Shown here: one piece after another, positions 37,188 to 46,473 of the stretch | Numbering within the stretch: the first letter of the stretch is position 1 | How the letters are laid out: each line of letters starts with the position of its first letter | Notes under the pieces: model-generated | Databases searched by the model: none | The model's input: the letters and a program-made list of their open reading frames with translations, nothing else | What the model was told of the DNA's origin: nothing | Assembly (NCBI GenBank): GCA_003551665.1 | Contig: PUNE01000127.1 | Coordinates: 2,640-66,639 of the forward strand | Source: Halobacteroidaceae bacterium | GTDB lineage: Bacteria; Bacillota; Halanaerobiia; B1SED10-174 | DNA: 64,000 nt | Reading direction: 5' to 3' | Made by a program: the position numbers and the translations under genes

Positions 37188-38087
37188 ATGGAGGTGGGGA
37201 TTGTGAGTTATCGGCGCTTTAAAGAGAGGGCCATTGGAATCTTTTTTGCCGGGAACGGAGTAGTAGTTATTTTGCTCCTGCTGGCAATCCTTTATTTGCT
37301 GGGGCAAAATAGCTGGCCATTTTTTAAGGAAGTAGGGTTTTTGAAACTTTTTACTGACAATCAGTGGAATCCAACTTCATTCTTCGGGCCCATTTTTGGG
37401 ATCCGGCCCATGATGATCAGCACCATAATGGTAACTGCTGGGGCTCTTGCTATTGCTTTTCCCCTTGGGGTGGCCTGTGCTGCTTACCTGGCCAAGATGG
37501 CTGTTTCCTGGGAACGAGAAATTCTGAAACCATTTGTGGAAATCCTTGCCGGAATCCCCTCAGTGGTTATAGGGTTTTTCGGGCTGGTGGTTTTAAATCC
37601 GATTATAGCAAGAATTTTTGGATTGTCCAACGGCTTAAATGTCCTTAATGGGAGCATACTTCTGGCGATTATGGCTTTGCCAACGGTTATTTCTCTTGCA
37701 GAAGATGCCCTTACTGCAGTTCCCAAAAGTTTTGAAGAAGGTTCCCTGGCCCTGGGGGCAACCCCGTGGCAAACACTCTGGCGGGTAACCCTGCCAGCTG
37801 CTAAATCGGGAATAGCAGCCTCTTTCATGCTGGGAATGGGCCGGGCAATAGGTGAGACCATGACGGTTTTAATGGTTATGGGGAATGTTCTTGCTGCTCC
37901 GGGTTCGTTTCTTGATCCGGGGATGACCATGACTGCGGTAATTGCCATTGAACTGGGGGAGGTTCCGTTTAATACGACCCACTACTTTGCACTTTTTGCT
38001 GTTGGGTTGGTTCTTTTTATTATGACCTTCCTGGTTAACCTGGCTTCAGATTTGATTTTAAACCGCTTCCAGGGGGTAGAAAAATGA
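37188..38087 (+). CDS. pstC: Phosphate ABC transporter permease PstC
   Basis: EGSLALGATPWQTLWRVTLPAAKSGI EAA loop and GRAIGETM. Confidence 0.85.
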   Translation: MEVGIVSYRRFKERAIGIFFAGNGVVVILLLLAILYLLGQNSWPFFKEVGFLKLFTDNQWNPTSFFGPIFGIRPMMISTIMVTAGALAIAFPLGVACAAYLAKMAVSWEREILKPFVEILAGIPSVVIGFFGLVVLNPIIARIFGLSNGLNVLNGSILLAIMALPTVISLAEDALTAVPKSFEEGSLALGATPWQTLWRVTLPAAKSGIAASFMLGMGRAIGETMTVLMVMGNVLAAPGSFLDPGMTMTAVIAIELGEVPFNTTHYFALFAVGLVLFIMTFLVNLASDLILNRFQGVEK

Positions 38088-38950
38088 ATAATAATGGCAA
38101 AATCCACGAAAAAATTGGTTTTTTAATTTTCCGGCTGGCAATGCTCATTGTGGTTGCAGGTATTGTGTACATCTTTTTTGATATTATCAGCAAGGGAGCA
38201 GGGGCCTTAAGCCTGGAGTTTCTTACCGATCGTCCCAGGGATGGGATGACTGGGGGAGGGATTTTCCCGGCAATAGTTGGAACAGTTTATCTAATTTTAA
38301 TTACCACCTTTGTTTCCGTTCCCATCGGAGTTGGTGCCGCAATTTTCCTCAATGAATATTCCAGGGAAAACTTATTGACCCGTTTGATCCGGATGGCCCT
38401 CAGGAATCTTGCCGGCGTTCCTTCCATTGTGTTTGGACTTTTTGGGGTTGCCTTTTTTATCCAGTATATGGGTTTGCGTCCCTCTCTCCTGGCGGCAGGC
38501 CTTACAATGGGTATTTTAACTCTTCCAGTTACAGTTACTGCAAGTGAAGAAGCTCTGAAAACGGTCCCGGCCAGCTTCCGGCAGGGTGCTCTTGCCCTTG
38601 GTGCATCACCCTGGCAGATGATCAGGGGTATAGTTTTGCCCCAGGCTCTTCCTGGAATGTTGACCGGCGCAATTCTTGGACTAGCCCGGGCGGCAGGAGA
38701 AACGGCCCCCATATTGTTTACAGGAGCCGCTTTTTTCCTTCCATTTTTGCCCAACTCCATTCACAGCCAGTTTATGGCTCTTCCCTACCACCTGTATATT
38801 CTCGCAACACAGCACCATGCTATAGCAAAAGTTCGTCCTCTGGCTTATGGAACTGCCCTGGTTTTGTTGCTGCTGGTAATAATATTGAACGGAACTGCAG
38901 TCATTTTAAGGGCTCATTACCGCAATAAAATGAGACGGGGAGGGATTTAG
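38084..38950 (+). CDS. pstA: Phosphate ABC transporter permease PstA
   Basis: QGALALGASPWQMIRGIVLPQALPGM, ARAAGETAPILFT. 4-nt overlap with pstC. Confidence 0.85.
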   Translation: MNNNGKIHEKIGFLIFRLAMLIVVAGIVYIFFDIISKGAGALSLEFLTDRPRDGMTGGGIFPAIVGTVYLILITTFVSVPIGVGAAIFLNEYSRENLLTRLIRMALRNLAGVPSIVFGLFGVAFFIQYMGLRPSLLAAGLTMGILTLPVTVTASEEALKTVPASFRQGALALGASPWQMIRGIVLPQALPGMLTGAILGLARAAGETAPILFTGAAFFLPFLPNSIHSQFMALPYHLYILATQHHAIAKVRPLAYGTALVLLLLVIILNGTAVILRAHYRNKMRRGGI

Positions 38951-39786
38951 GCCTTTTTGGGTTTTGTTTTTTTCAGATATTTATCAATGGCCGGGACCAC
39001 AAGGTTCATTCCCAGGATTGCAAAGGTTGTTCCCTCAGGGAGCCAGCCCCAGAGCCGCATGGCCATGACGATAAAACCGATGCCGATTCCGAAAACAAAT
39101 CTTCCCGACTGGCTTTTGGATGATGTGACAGGATCTGTTGCCATGAAAAGTGCTCCCAGAAGAAGGCTGCCGGAAAGGATATGGAAAAGGGGATCTTCGC
39201 CAGCAAGGAGTGCAATAACCAGTACTGTAGCCAGAATACCTACGGGAATGCGCCAGTTGGCGTATTTTTTATAAACAAGGTATCCTCCACCGATAAGGAG
39301 CAGCAGGGCTGAGGTTTCTCCAATACTGCCGGAAATATTTCCCAAAAAGAGTGGGAGATAACCCGCGGTCCCTTCTCCCAGGGGTGTCGCAGTTGTGGTT
39401 AAATCGAAGGGTGTTTTCCAGGGGGCAAATGCGCCCGGAAAGGCGTATACAATAAAAAACCTTCCAGTCAATGCGGGATTTAGCAGGTTCCGACCAAAAC
39501 CTCCGAAGAGCTGTTTCCCCACAACTATTCCAACTGCACTTCCCGCCGCAGCCGCGTAAAGCGGAGTAGAAGGAGACAGGGATAGGCCCAGCAGCAGGCC
39601 AGTTATTATGGCGCTCAAGTCTTTCAGGGGGATTTTTTTCCCTGTAAGCCTACAGTACAGGTATTCTGCAGCAACAGCGCTTGCTGTGCTTACCAGCAGC
39701 AAAAGAAATGCAGGGAACTGGAAGAAAATTATGGAAACCAGAACCAGGGGAGACAGGGCCAGAAGCATGCCGCGATTCATTGGCAA
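38947..39786 (-). CDS. Stand-alone RnfD/NqrB-family membrane protein
   Basis: FGGFGRNLLNPAL, DLTTTATPL (flavinylation-type motif), GSIGETSALLLLIGGGYL, MATDPVTS, NLVVPAIDKY all parallel RnfD. Confidence 0.75.
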   Translation of the reverse strand: MPMNRGMLLALSPLVLVSIIFFQFPAFLLLLVSTASAVAAEYLYCRLTGKKIPLKDLSAIITGLLLGLSLSPSTPLYAAAAGSAVGIVVGKQLFGGFGRNLLNPALTGRFFIVYAFPGAFAPWKTPFDLTTTATPLGEGTAGYLPLFLGNISGSIGETSALLLLIGGGYLVYKKYANWRIPVGILATVLVIALLAGEDPLFHILSGSLLLGALFMATDPVTSSKSQSGRFVFGIGIGFIVMAMRLWGWLPEGTTFAILGMNLVVPAIDKYLKKTKPKKA

Positions 39787-39929
39787 TTATATCACCCTTT
39801 CTTCGGCATTCTTATATTAGAAATACACGAAAACTAACTACTTTCCTTCCCTGTTGACAGCTTTGGAGTAAAGGAGTAAAATAAAAAGGAAGGAAAACTA
39901 CCTGAATAAGGGGTTATGGGGGGGATATT

Positions 39930-40355
39930 TTGGGGAAAAAATTAATTTTTTTCCTTCTGGTTATTTTCCTGATAGGAATGGTTGTATATTCCAATCCTCA
40001 GGAAAAAACTGAAGAGGTTGATATTAATGTGGAACAGGCCCTGGAGCTCATTGAAAAACATGCTGAAGAAGAAAGGTTCCTTTTATTGGATGTTCGGACT
40101 CCAGGGGAATTTGATGAGGGCCATCTCAAAGGAGCAATTAACCTCGATTTTTACAGCGAGGATTTCAGGGACCGTCTTGCTGAGCTGGATCCTGAATACA
40201 CTTACCTGGTGTACTGTCGTTCTGGGAACCGGAGCGCAATGACAGTCAGTATTATGGAGGAAATGGGAATTAACAGGGCTTATAATCTCCTGGGTGGAAT
40301 TATTGCCTGGGAGGCGGAAGGTCATTGTATTATTCAGACCGAGACCAAGAAATAG
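39930..40355 (+). CDS. Membrane-anchored rhodanese-domain sulfurtransferase
   Basis: N-terminal TM helix, LLDVRTPGEFDEGHLKGAINL, active-site loop YCRSGNRS. Confidence 0.8.
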   Translation: MGKKLIFFLLVIFLIGMVVYSNPQEKTEEVDINVEQALELIEKHAEEERFLLLDVRTPGEFDEGHLKGAINLDFYSEDFRDRLAELDPEYTYLVYCRSGNRSAMTVSIMEEMGINRAYNLLGGIIAWEAEGHCIIQTETKK

Positions 40356-40399
40356 ATAAGAAAAATAAAACCCGCCCCTCATTGTGGGGCGGGTTTATT

Positions 40400-40900
40400 T
40401 TATTCAGCGGAGAATTTTCTTTTGCCAAGTTCTCCATCAAGGAACAGTGTTCCGGGAGAGTTTTCTCCAACCATTTTGATTTTGTCCAGGAGCTGGCTCA
40501 TGGTAGCTTCTTCTTCTACCTGTTCATCAATGAACCATTGCAGGAAAGAAACAGTAGGGTAATGATTTTCTTCCTGTGCGACCTCCAGGATGGAATTGAT
40601 TAATCCCGTTACCAGTTGCTCGTGCTCAAGGCTCAGTTCGAAAACCTCCTGTAGAGAAGAAAAATCGGTTTTGGGGTCATCAAATCCGGTTATTAATGGT
40701 CTTTGACCGATTTCAGTTAAAAAGTCAAAAAATTTCATTGCATGGAAACGTTCTTCCTCAGCCTGGGCAATGAAGAAATTAGCGAAACCATCAAGGCTTT
40801 TTTCGCTGCAGTATGAGGCCATTGCCAGGTAATAGTGGGCAGAAAAAAACTCATGCTTGATTTGTTCGTTTAATTTTTCAAGTAATTTTTGTGAGGGCAT
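40400..40900 (-). CDS. ftn: Non-haem ferritin
   Basis: LNEQIKHEFFSAHYYLAMASY...AEEERFHAMKFFDFL ferroxidase-centre residues, 166 aa. Confidence 0.85.
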   Translation of the reverse strand: MPSQKLLEKLNEQIKHEFFSAHYYLAMASYCSEKSLDGFANFFIAQAEEERFHAMKFFDFLTEIGQRPLITGFDDPKTDFSSLQEVFELSLEHEQLVTGLINSILEVAQEENHYPTVSFLQWFIDEQVEEEATMSQLLDKIKMVGENSPGTLFLDGELGKRKFSAE

Positions 40901-41048
40901 TTTTTCCTCCTTTAAGATTTAATATAAGGATTTTATCACTTTTATGAACTAAAAGCAAATTTTTCCTGTTGGTTGAGCAGGAAAAAGAGAGGATAAATAT
41001 AAAATGGGAAAAAAGTGGACAAAGAGAAACCATGAAGGAGGAGAAAAA

Positions 41049-42473
41049 ATGGGTGAATATTTGGTTGAGGGGAAGTTTGTTTTGACCATGTCTGGTGCGG
41101 GGATTGGAGTGATAGAAAATGGTGCAGTAATTGTTTCAGGCCAGGAAATTTCTCAGGTGGGTAATGCCGAAGAATTGAAAGAAAAGCATGCTGAATTACC
41201 TCACCTTGGAGGGCCTGAAAAGATTGTTATGCCGGGATTAATTGATGCCCATATCCATACCGGGATTGCCTTGTTGAGGGGAACAGCCCAGGATACCTGG
41301 AACTGGATGCAGCAGGGGATAGCCCCATTTAAAAAACATATGCAGCCCGGGGATGTCCGCCTGGGATCAATGGTCAATATTATAGAGGGGATAAAAAGCG
41401 GCACAACTACTTTTGCGGATTACGATTATCCCCTGGATGAAATCATAAATAATTACCTGGAAATTGGCTCCCGGGCTTGCCTGGCTTCAACCATAAACGA
41501 ACTTTCGCCAGGGATGGATAAATTAAAAATTGGGGAATTATATCCCCTGGATGAAGACCTTGGCCGGGAACGACTGGAAAAGGCCCTGGAACTTATGGAA
41601 AAATGGGAAAAAGGAGGAGAAGGCCGGCTGACTTTTCTTCTGGGACCCCAGGGACCGGATATGCTGGGGGAGAAGTTGCTTGAAGAAATAAAAGATTTGA
41701 GCCAGGGGTACGGTTATAAGATGCACATGCATGTAGCCCAGGGGGATAGGGAGATTGACCAGATGGAAAAAAGGTATGGATTGCGATCGGTTCCTTTCCT
41801 GGAAAAAATGGGTTTAATCGATGAGAACCTGATAGCAGTTCACCTGACAGAGGCCACTGAAGAGGAAACTTGCCTTCTGGCAGAAAAGGGGGCGAAGATG
41901 GTCCACTGCCCGGGAAGCATTGGAATAATTGATGGTCTTGTTCCCCCGGTGCTTGAATTTCTTGAGGCAGGTGGAAGCGCCGGGCTGGGAAGTGACCAGG
42001 CCCCGGGAAATAACTGCAATAATATGTTCAATGAAATGAAGATGGCCTGTATCCTGAACAAGGTGAAAAAAGCAGACCCAACTGTAATGCCTGCCTGGAA
42101 AGCTTTGCGCATGGCGACTATTGAGGCAGCTGGTGTTTTGGGTATGGAAGATACCATAGGTTCACTGGAAGAAGGGAAAAAGGCAGATCTACTTATCATC
42201 GATATCAACCAGCCTACCCTGGTTCCTATCCTGGGTTCCCCAATCCGCAATATTGCCCCCAACCTTGTTTATTCAGCCCGGGGACACGAAGTTGAAACTG
42301 TAATGGTGAACGGTGAATTGATAATGGAGAATCGCAAAATGAAAAGAGTGGATGAGGAAAAAATCTGCAGGGAAGCCAGCGCTGCAGGAGTTGAACTGGC
42401 AAAAAGAGCAGAGGGGGATATTCTATCTTCAGCAAATGAAATGGTCCAGTTGATGGAAAAAGGATACCTCTAA
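41049..42473 (+). CDS. Amidohydrolase-superfamily deaminase (MtaD / TRZ-ATZ-like)
   Basis: PGLIDAHIHTG, HMHVAQG, VHCP, GSDQAPGNN motifs. ATG 41049 follows GGAGGAG; the ORF-track start is at 41004. Confidence 0.75.
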   Translation: MGEYLVEGKFVLTMSGAGIGVIENGAVIVSGQEISQVGNAEELKEKHAELPHLGGPEKIVMPGLIDAHIHTGIALLRGTAQDTWNWMQQGIAPFKKHMQPGDVRLGSMVNIIEGIKSGTTTFADYDYPLDEIINNYLEIGSRACLASTINELSPGMDKLKIGELYPLDEDLGRERLEKALELMEKWEKGGEGRLTFLLGPQGPDMLGEKLLEEIKDLSQGYGYKMHMHVAQGDREIDQMEKRYGLRSVPFLEKMGLIDENLIAVHLTEATEEETCLLAEKGAKMVHCPGSIGIIDGLVPPVLEFLEAGGSAGLGSDQAPGNNCNNMFNEMKMACILNKVKKADPTVMPAWKALRMATIEAAGVLGMEDTIGSLEEGKKADLLIIDINQPTLVPILGSPIRNIAPNLVYSARGHEVETVMVNGELIMENRKMKRVDEEKICREASAAGVELAKRAEGDILSSANEMVQLMEKGYL

Positions 42474-42539
42474 AATTAAAACCGCCCCGAAGAGCGGTGG
42501 AAGTCGTGTTCTTAAGAACACTTCAAATTTTTCCCTCCC

Positions 42540-43328
42540 CTATTTTTGATAGCGGTAATAGATGGTCTTGTCCTGCAGGGGTTTAACTCTGGGCTTTGGG
42601 GTGTGTTCGTGGACGAGCTGGGAAAGTCGGTCCGGGTAATCAGTAATTATTCCATCTACTCCTATCTTCAGCAGGCCAAACATGTCCTCCAGATTATTTA
42701 CAGTAAAGGGATTTATAAAAAGGCCATTTTTGTGGGCCCCTTTTACCAGGGCCCCGTCCACACCCATCCAGAAAGGGTGGATTCCATCAACTCCAACTTC
42801 AGTTGTGTATATCCACGGCTTATACATGCGGGCGAAATACAAAAGGGCAGTTTTTATGTGAGGATTATGGTCTTTGACAGTTAGCAAACTGGGGTGGTTG
42901 AAAGAGGAAATAATAACCTTGGGTCCGAGGTTGAATTTCTCTACCATTTCGACAACCTTTTTCTCCAGGTTGGGGTAGGGAATGATACCATTTTTCAGCT
43001 CAATATTCAGGACAATATCTTTATTTTTTATCAACTCAAGAAGATTCTGGAGACGGGGAATTCCTTCTCCCCGGAATTTTTCTCCCTTATGGCGACCCGC
43101 ATCCATTCGGGACACTTCATCCCAGGAAAAATCTTTTAAAAGCCCCCGGTTTCCTGTAATGCGGTAAACATCCTCGTCGTGAAAGATTACTATTTCTCCG
43201 TCCTTTGTTAGCTGGACATCACACTCCAGGCCAGTAGCACCGCTGGCAAGTGCCTCCCGGAAGGCCATCATGGTATTTTCGGGAAAAAGGGATGAAAATC
43301 CCCGGTGAGCAATAATTCGAGGGATCAT
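42540..43328 (-). CDS. Glycerophosphodiester phosphodiesterase
   Basis: IIAHRGFSSLFPENT, LECDVQLTKDGEIVIFHD, IELK motifs. Confidence 0.85.
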   Translation of the reverse strand: MIPRIIAHRGFSSLFPENTMMAFREALASGATGLECDVQLTKDGEIVIFHDEDVYRITGNRGLLKDFSWDEVSRMDAGRHKGEKFRGEGIPRLQNLLELIKNKDIVLNIELKNGIIPYPNLEKKVVEMVEKFNLGPKVIISSFNHPSLLTVKDHNPHIKTALLYFARMYKPWIYTTEVGVDGIHPFWMGVDGALVKGAHKNGLFINPFTVNNLEDMFGLLKIGVDGIITDYPDRLSQLVHEHTPKPRVKPLQDKTIYYRYQK

Positions 43329-43383
43329 AATTACGCCTCCTTAAAAAAGACGGTTTTTCAACTGGAGGGGGAGGAAGAGGCTG

Positions 43384-43412
43384 TTGACCACTTCCCCGGG
43401 TAATGGTAAACT
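43384..43412 (+). promoter_or_regulatory. Sigma-A promoter for tRNA-Ala
   Basis: TTGACC 43384-43389, 17-nt spacer, TAAACT 43407-43412. Confidence 0.5.
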
Positions 43413-43433
43413 ATAATCGGAATAAAAAGGTTT

Positions 43434-43508
43434 GGGGGTATAGCTCAGTGGGAGAGCGCCTGCTTCGCAAGCAGGAGGCCGGCGGTTCGAATCCGCCTAT
43501 CTCCACCA
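43434..43508 (+). tRNA. tRNA-Ala (anticodon CGC), CCA encoded
   Basis: Cloverleaf: acceptor GGGGGTA/TATCTCC with G3:U70, D-arm AGCTCAGTGGGAGAGC, anticodon stem CCTGC/GCAGG with loop TTCGCAA, T-arm GGCGGTTCGAATCCGCC. Confidence 0.92.
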
Positions 43509-43513
43509 TTTTT

Positions 43514-43537
43514 TTGGGGGGGAACCCCCATTTTTTA
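43514..43537 (+). terminator. Terminator after tRNA-Ala
   Basis: GGGGG(GG)AACCCCC hairpin followed by T6. Confidence 0.6.
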
Positions 43538-43545
43538 TCTCCAGT

Positions 43546-44091
43546 TTATACTCTTTTTTTCTTTTTGTTTTTTAATTTAGAATCAATTGAATAAAAAGAG
43601 GTTTTCAGGAGGCTAAAAAAGCCCCAGCCAAGTAAAAGACCGGTAAGAGCATATATAATTCCTTCTAAGCTTGTTGGGATGCCCGGGGTATAATAAAAAA
43701 GAGACTGCCGGGCAATATCCCAGTCAACTTCCTGGAAAAAAACCACCCATCTGGTGAAAGGTCCTGCCTGTTGGAGATTGGAAAAGGAGGTTTCCAGGGC
43801 TTCCAATCTTTCAACCAGACTAACCAGAACCTCTCCCGAGGCCTGAAATAACCTTTCTTCAGCTTTGAGGTGGGCCGCAATATATTCGTCAAAACCAATT
43901 CCCAGTGCTTCTGCTGCCTGCTCATAACTGTTAACAGTTCGGCGGGCTTCATTTAAATGTCCTCCCAGTCGCTGAAGATACTGGCTGAAAAACTGGGGAA
44001 ACTGGGCCATAATTATTGCCCCGAGAATTGATAGTAACCGGTCGGCAATACCCGAAAAGAAAGCACCGATTTTTTTTGCTAGGAAATACAT
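43546..44091 (-). CDS. DUF2937-like membrane-associated protein
   Basis: N-terminal LSILGAIIMAQFPQFFSQYLQRLGGHLNEA resembles my recollection of DUF2937. C-terminal TM helix. Confidence 0.5.
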   Translation of the reverse strand: MYFLAKKIGAFFSGIADRLLSILGAIIMAQFPQFFSQYLQRLGGHLNEARRTVNSYEQAAEALGIGFDEYIAAHLKAEERLFQASGEVLVSLVERLEALETSFSNLQQAGPFTRWVVFFQEVDWDIARQSLFYYTPGIPTSLEGIIYALTGLLLGWGFFSLLKTSFYSIDSKLKNKKKKRV

Positions 44092-44186
44092 CCAGTTTTC
44101 CTCCCTTTATAATATGAGGATTACGTCAAGGGAAGTTAATTTCCTTCAAAGATGGTTATTTTAAAAAAATGAAAGGAGGCAAACTA

Positions 44187-44540
44187 ATGTCCTGGGACGG
44201 CACAATTGTGTTTTTTGGAACGGAAGATCTGGATAATAACGCAGTTTTTTACAGGGACACCCTGGGTCTAAAATTGTACAAAGACCAGGGGGTATGTCGA
44301 ATTTACGAGGTCCCCGGTGGGGGTTACCTGGGTTTCTGTACTCATTTGGAAATAACCCAGAAGGGGAAGGCTCCAATTATAACAATCCTGGCTGATGATG
44401 TTGACCACTGGCACCAGAAACTGGTTGATTGTGGGTGGGAGGTAGAAAGCGAACCAAAACACAACCCTAAATTTAATATTTATCACTTTTTTACCAGGGA
44501 CCCGGACGGATATACAGTGGAAATCCAAAAATTTTTGTAG
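44187..44540 (+). CDS. VOC (glyoxalase/bleomycin-resistance) family protein
   Basis: FYRDTLGL...; C-terminal FFTRDPDGYTVEIQ. ATG 44187 lies 7 nt after AAAGGAGG. Confidence 0.7.
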   Translation: MSWDGTIVFFGTEDLDNNAVFYRDTLGLKLYKDQGVCRIYEVPGGGYLGFCTHLEITQKGKAPIITILADDVDHWHQKLVDCGWEVESEPKHNPKFNIYHFFTRDPDGYTVEIQKFL

Positions 44541-44545
44541 GTTAC

Positions 44546-44580
44546 CCAGGCAGGGTTTTATACCCTGCCTTTGGTTTTTA
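44546..44580 (+). terminator. Rho-independent terminator
   Basis: AGGCAGGGT pairs with ACCCTGCCT (9 bp), loop TTTAT, then T-rich TTTGGTTTTT. Confidence 0.7.
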
Positions 44581-44768
44581 TGGGTAGCTATTTCGGGTTT
44601 TGAATAATTCGGGAGAAGGAATAAACTTTGAAAAGGGATGGAAGAATGTTTTTAAATACCTTGGGAAAAAAATTTGCAAATTTTATAGAAGGAATCGGGA
44701 CTTTTTTATGGAAAAATAATTGAGGAGGGAGACCAAAACTCTAATTTTTTTAAAGGGGGATTTTTTAA

Positions 44769-46388
44769 GTGAAAAAGTTAGTTCTGGTTTTATTAATTAT
44801 GGCGCTGGTTCTCCCGGCTACCGCCGCCATTGCCCAAGAAGAACCTGAGAAGGGAGGTACTTTCCACCGGGGAATGGTTATCAGCCCGCGGGGGATGTTT
44901 AACCCCATTCTTTACACTGAAGCCTATGATGCTGATGTTATTGTAGCGGTTTTTGATTCTCTGGTTACTGTAAATCGTGAACTGGAAATTGTGCCTCAAA
45001 TCGCTGAAAGCTGGGAATTTTCTGAAGATGGCCGCACCCTCACTTTTTACCTGAAAGAAGGGGTTAAGTTTCATGACGGCGTTGAATTGACCGCTGAAGA
45101 CGTTAAATATACTTTTAAAACCATCATGCATCCACACTATACCGGTGTTCGCTTTGGGGACTTTGCCCTTGTAAAAGGTGCAGAAGCCTACAAAGAGGGC
45201 GAAGTTGATTATGTAGAAGGTATCGAGATAATTGATGATTATACCATCAGTTTTACCACGGAAGAAGTTTATGCTCCATTTTTAAATGAGTTCACCTACG
45301 GGATTCTTCCCTCCCATATCCTTGAAGATGTGCCCGTAGCGGAACTTGAAGCCCATGATTTTAATCAAAACCCAATTGGAGCTGGGCCATTTAAGTTTGT
45401 TGAATTCCGCCCGGACCAGTATGTAGTCCTGGATGGTTTCGAGGATTACCACCAGGAAGGACCCTATCTGGACCGTATGGTTTACCACATTCTCGATGAT
45501 GAAGCCCGTCCGGTTTGGTTGCGCCAGGGCCGCATTGACTATGTTGGTATTTCTTCCGAACAGGTCCCCATGGTTGAAGCCCTGGATTTTGTAGATGTCT
45601 TTGACTATGAAGCACTGAGCTACACCTATATCTGCTTTAACCTCAGGCAGGAGCGCTTTGATGATCCAAGGATCCGCCAGGCTGTTGCTTACGGCTATGA
45701 CAGGCAGACGGTTAAGGATATTATCCTCGATGGTTACGGGGTAATTGCCAACGCTCCAATGCCCACGGCCTCCTGGGCTTATACCGACGAGGGGATTAAT
45801 GAGTACCCCTTCAATCCTGATCGTTCCATTGAATTGATGGAAGAAGCAGGTTGGGAGCGCGGTGCCGATGGAGTTTGGGAAAAAGACGATATGCGGATGG
45901 AGTTTGAATTCATCTATACTGAAGCCACCCGGGCCCAGGAACAAATGATGATGCTCTTCCAGCAGAACATGGAGGACATTGGTTTTAAGGTTCACCTCCG
46001 TCCAATGGAATTCTCGGCTGCTGTAGATCGCATTGACGCCCGTGAATTTGATGCCTTTACCCTGGGCTGGAGTCTTGGTGTTGATCCTGACCCCTACGGA
46101 ATCTGGCATTCAACTTCAATGTGGAACGATGCGGGCTGGGTCAATGAGCGTTCTGACGAACTCATTGAAACAGGACGAACCACTGTTGATATGGATGAGC
46201 GCGCCGAGATTTATGCAGAGTGGCAGCGTCTAATGAATGAAGAACTCCCCAACGTTTTCCTGATGTATTCTGTAAGTATTGTTGCTGCAAACGAAAGATT
46301 GAAAGGAATCGATGATGATCCCGGGGCCCAGGGAATATTCTGGACCGAGATTCTCCACAAGCTCTGGATTCCTGCTGACCGCCAGTAA
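44769..46388 (+). CDS. Family-5 peptide/nickel ABC substrate-binding protein
   Basis: Signal peptide. SLVTVNRELEIVPQIAESWEFSEDGRTLTFYLKEGVKFHDG is the canonical SBP_bac_5 signature region. Confidence 0.85.
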   Translation: MKKLVLVLLIMALVLPATAAIAQEEPEKGGTFHRGMVISPRGMFNPILYTEAYDADVIVAVFDSLVTVNRELEIVPQIAESWEFSEDGRTLTFYLKEGVKFHDGVELTAEDVKYTFKTIMHPHYTGVRFGDFALVKGAEAYKEGEVDYVEGIEIIDDYTISFTTEEVYAPFLNEFTYGILPSHILEDVPVAELEAHDFNQNPIGAGPFKFVEFRPDQYVVLDGFEDYHQEGPYLDRMVYHILDDEARPVWLRQGRIDYVGISSEQVPMVEALDFVDVFDYEALSYTYICFNLRQERFDDPRIRQAVAYGYDRQTVKDIILDGYGVIANAPMPTASWAYTDEGINEYPFNPDRSIELMEEAGWERGADGVWEKDDMRMEFEFIYTEATRAQEQMMMLFQQNMEDIGFKVHLRPMEFSAAVDRIDAREFDAFTLGWSLGVDPDPYGIWHSTSMWNDAGWVNERSDELIETGRTTVDMDERAEIYAEWQRLMNEELPNVFLMYSVSIVAANERLKGIDDDPGAQGIFWTEILHKLWIPADRQ

Positions 46389-46417
46389 AACAGCAAAAAA
46401 AATTACAGGGAAAAACC

Positions 46418-46448
46418 GGAATGGCAGGCGGCATCCGTCTGCCATTCC
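46418..46448 (+). promoter_or_regulatory. Intercistronic stem-loop after the binding-protein gene
   Basis: GGAATGGCAGGCGG, loop CAT, CCGTCTGCCATTCC: about 14 bp, no T-tract. Confidence 0.55.
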
Positions 46449-46473
46449 CATTAATTAGCTGGAGTGATGGATT

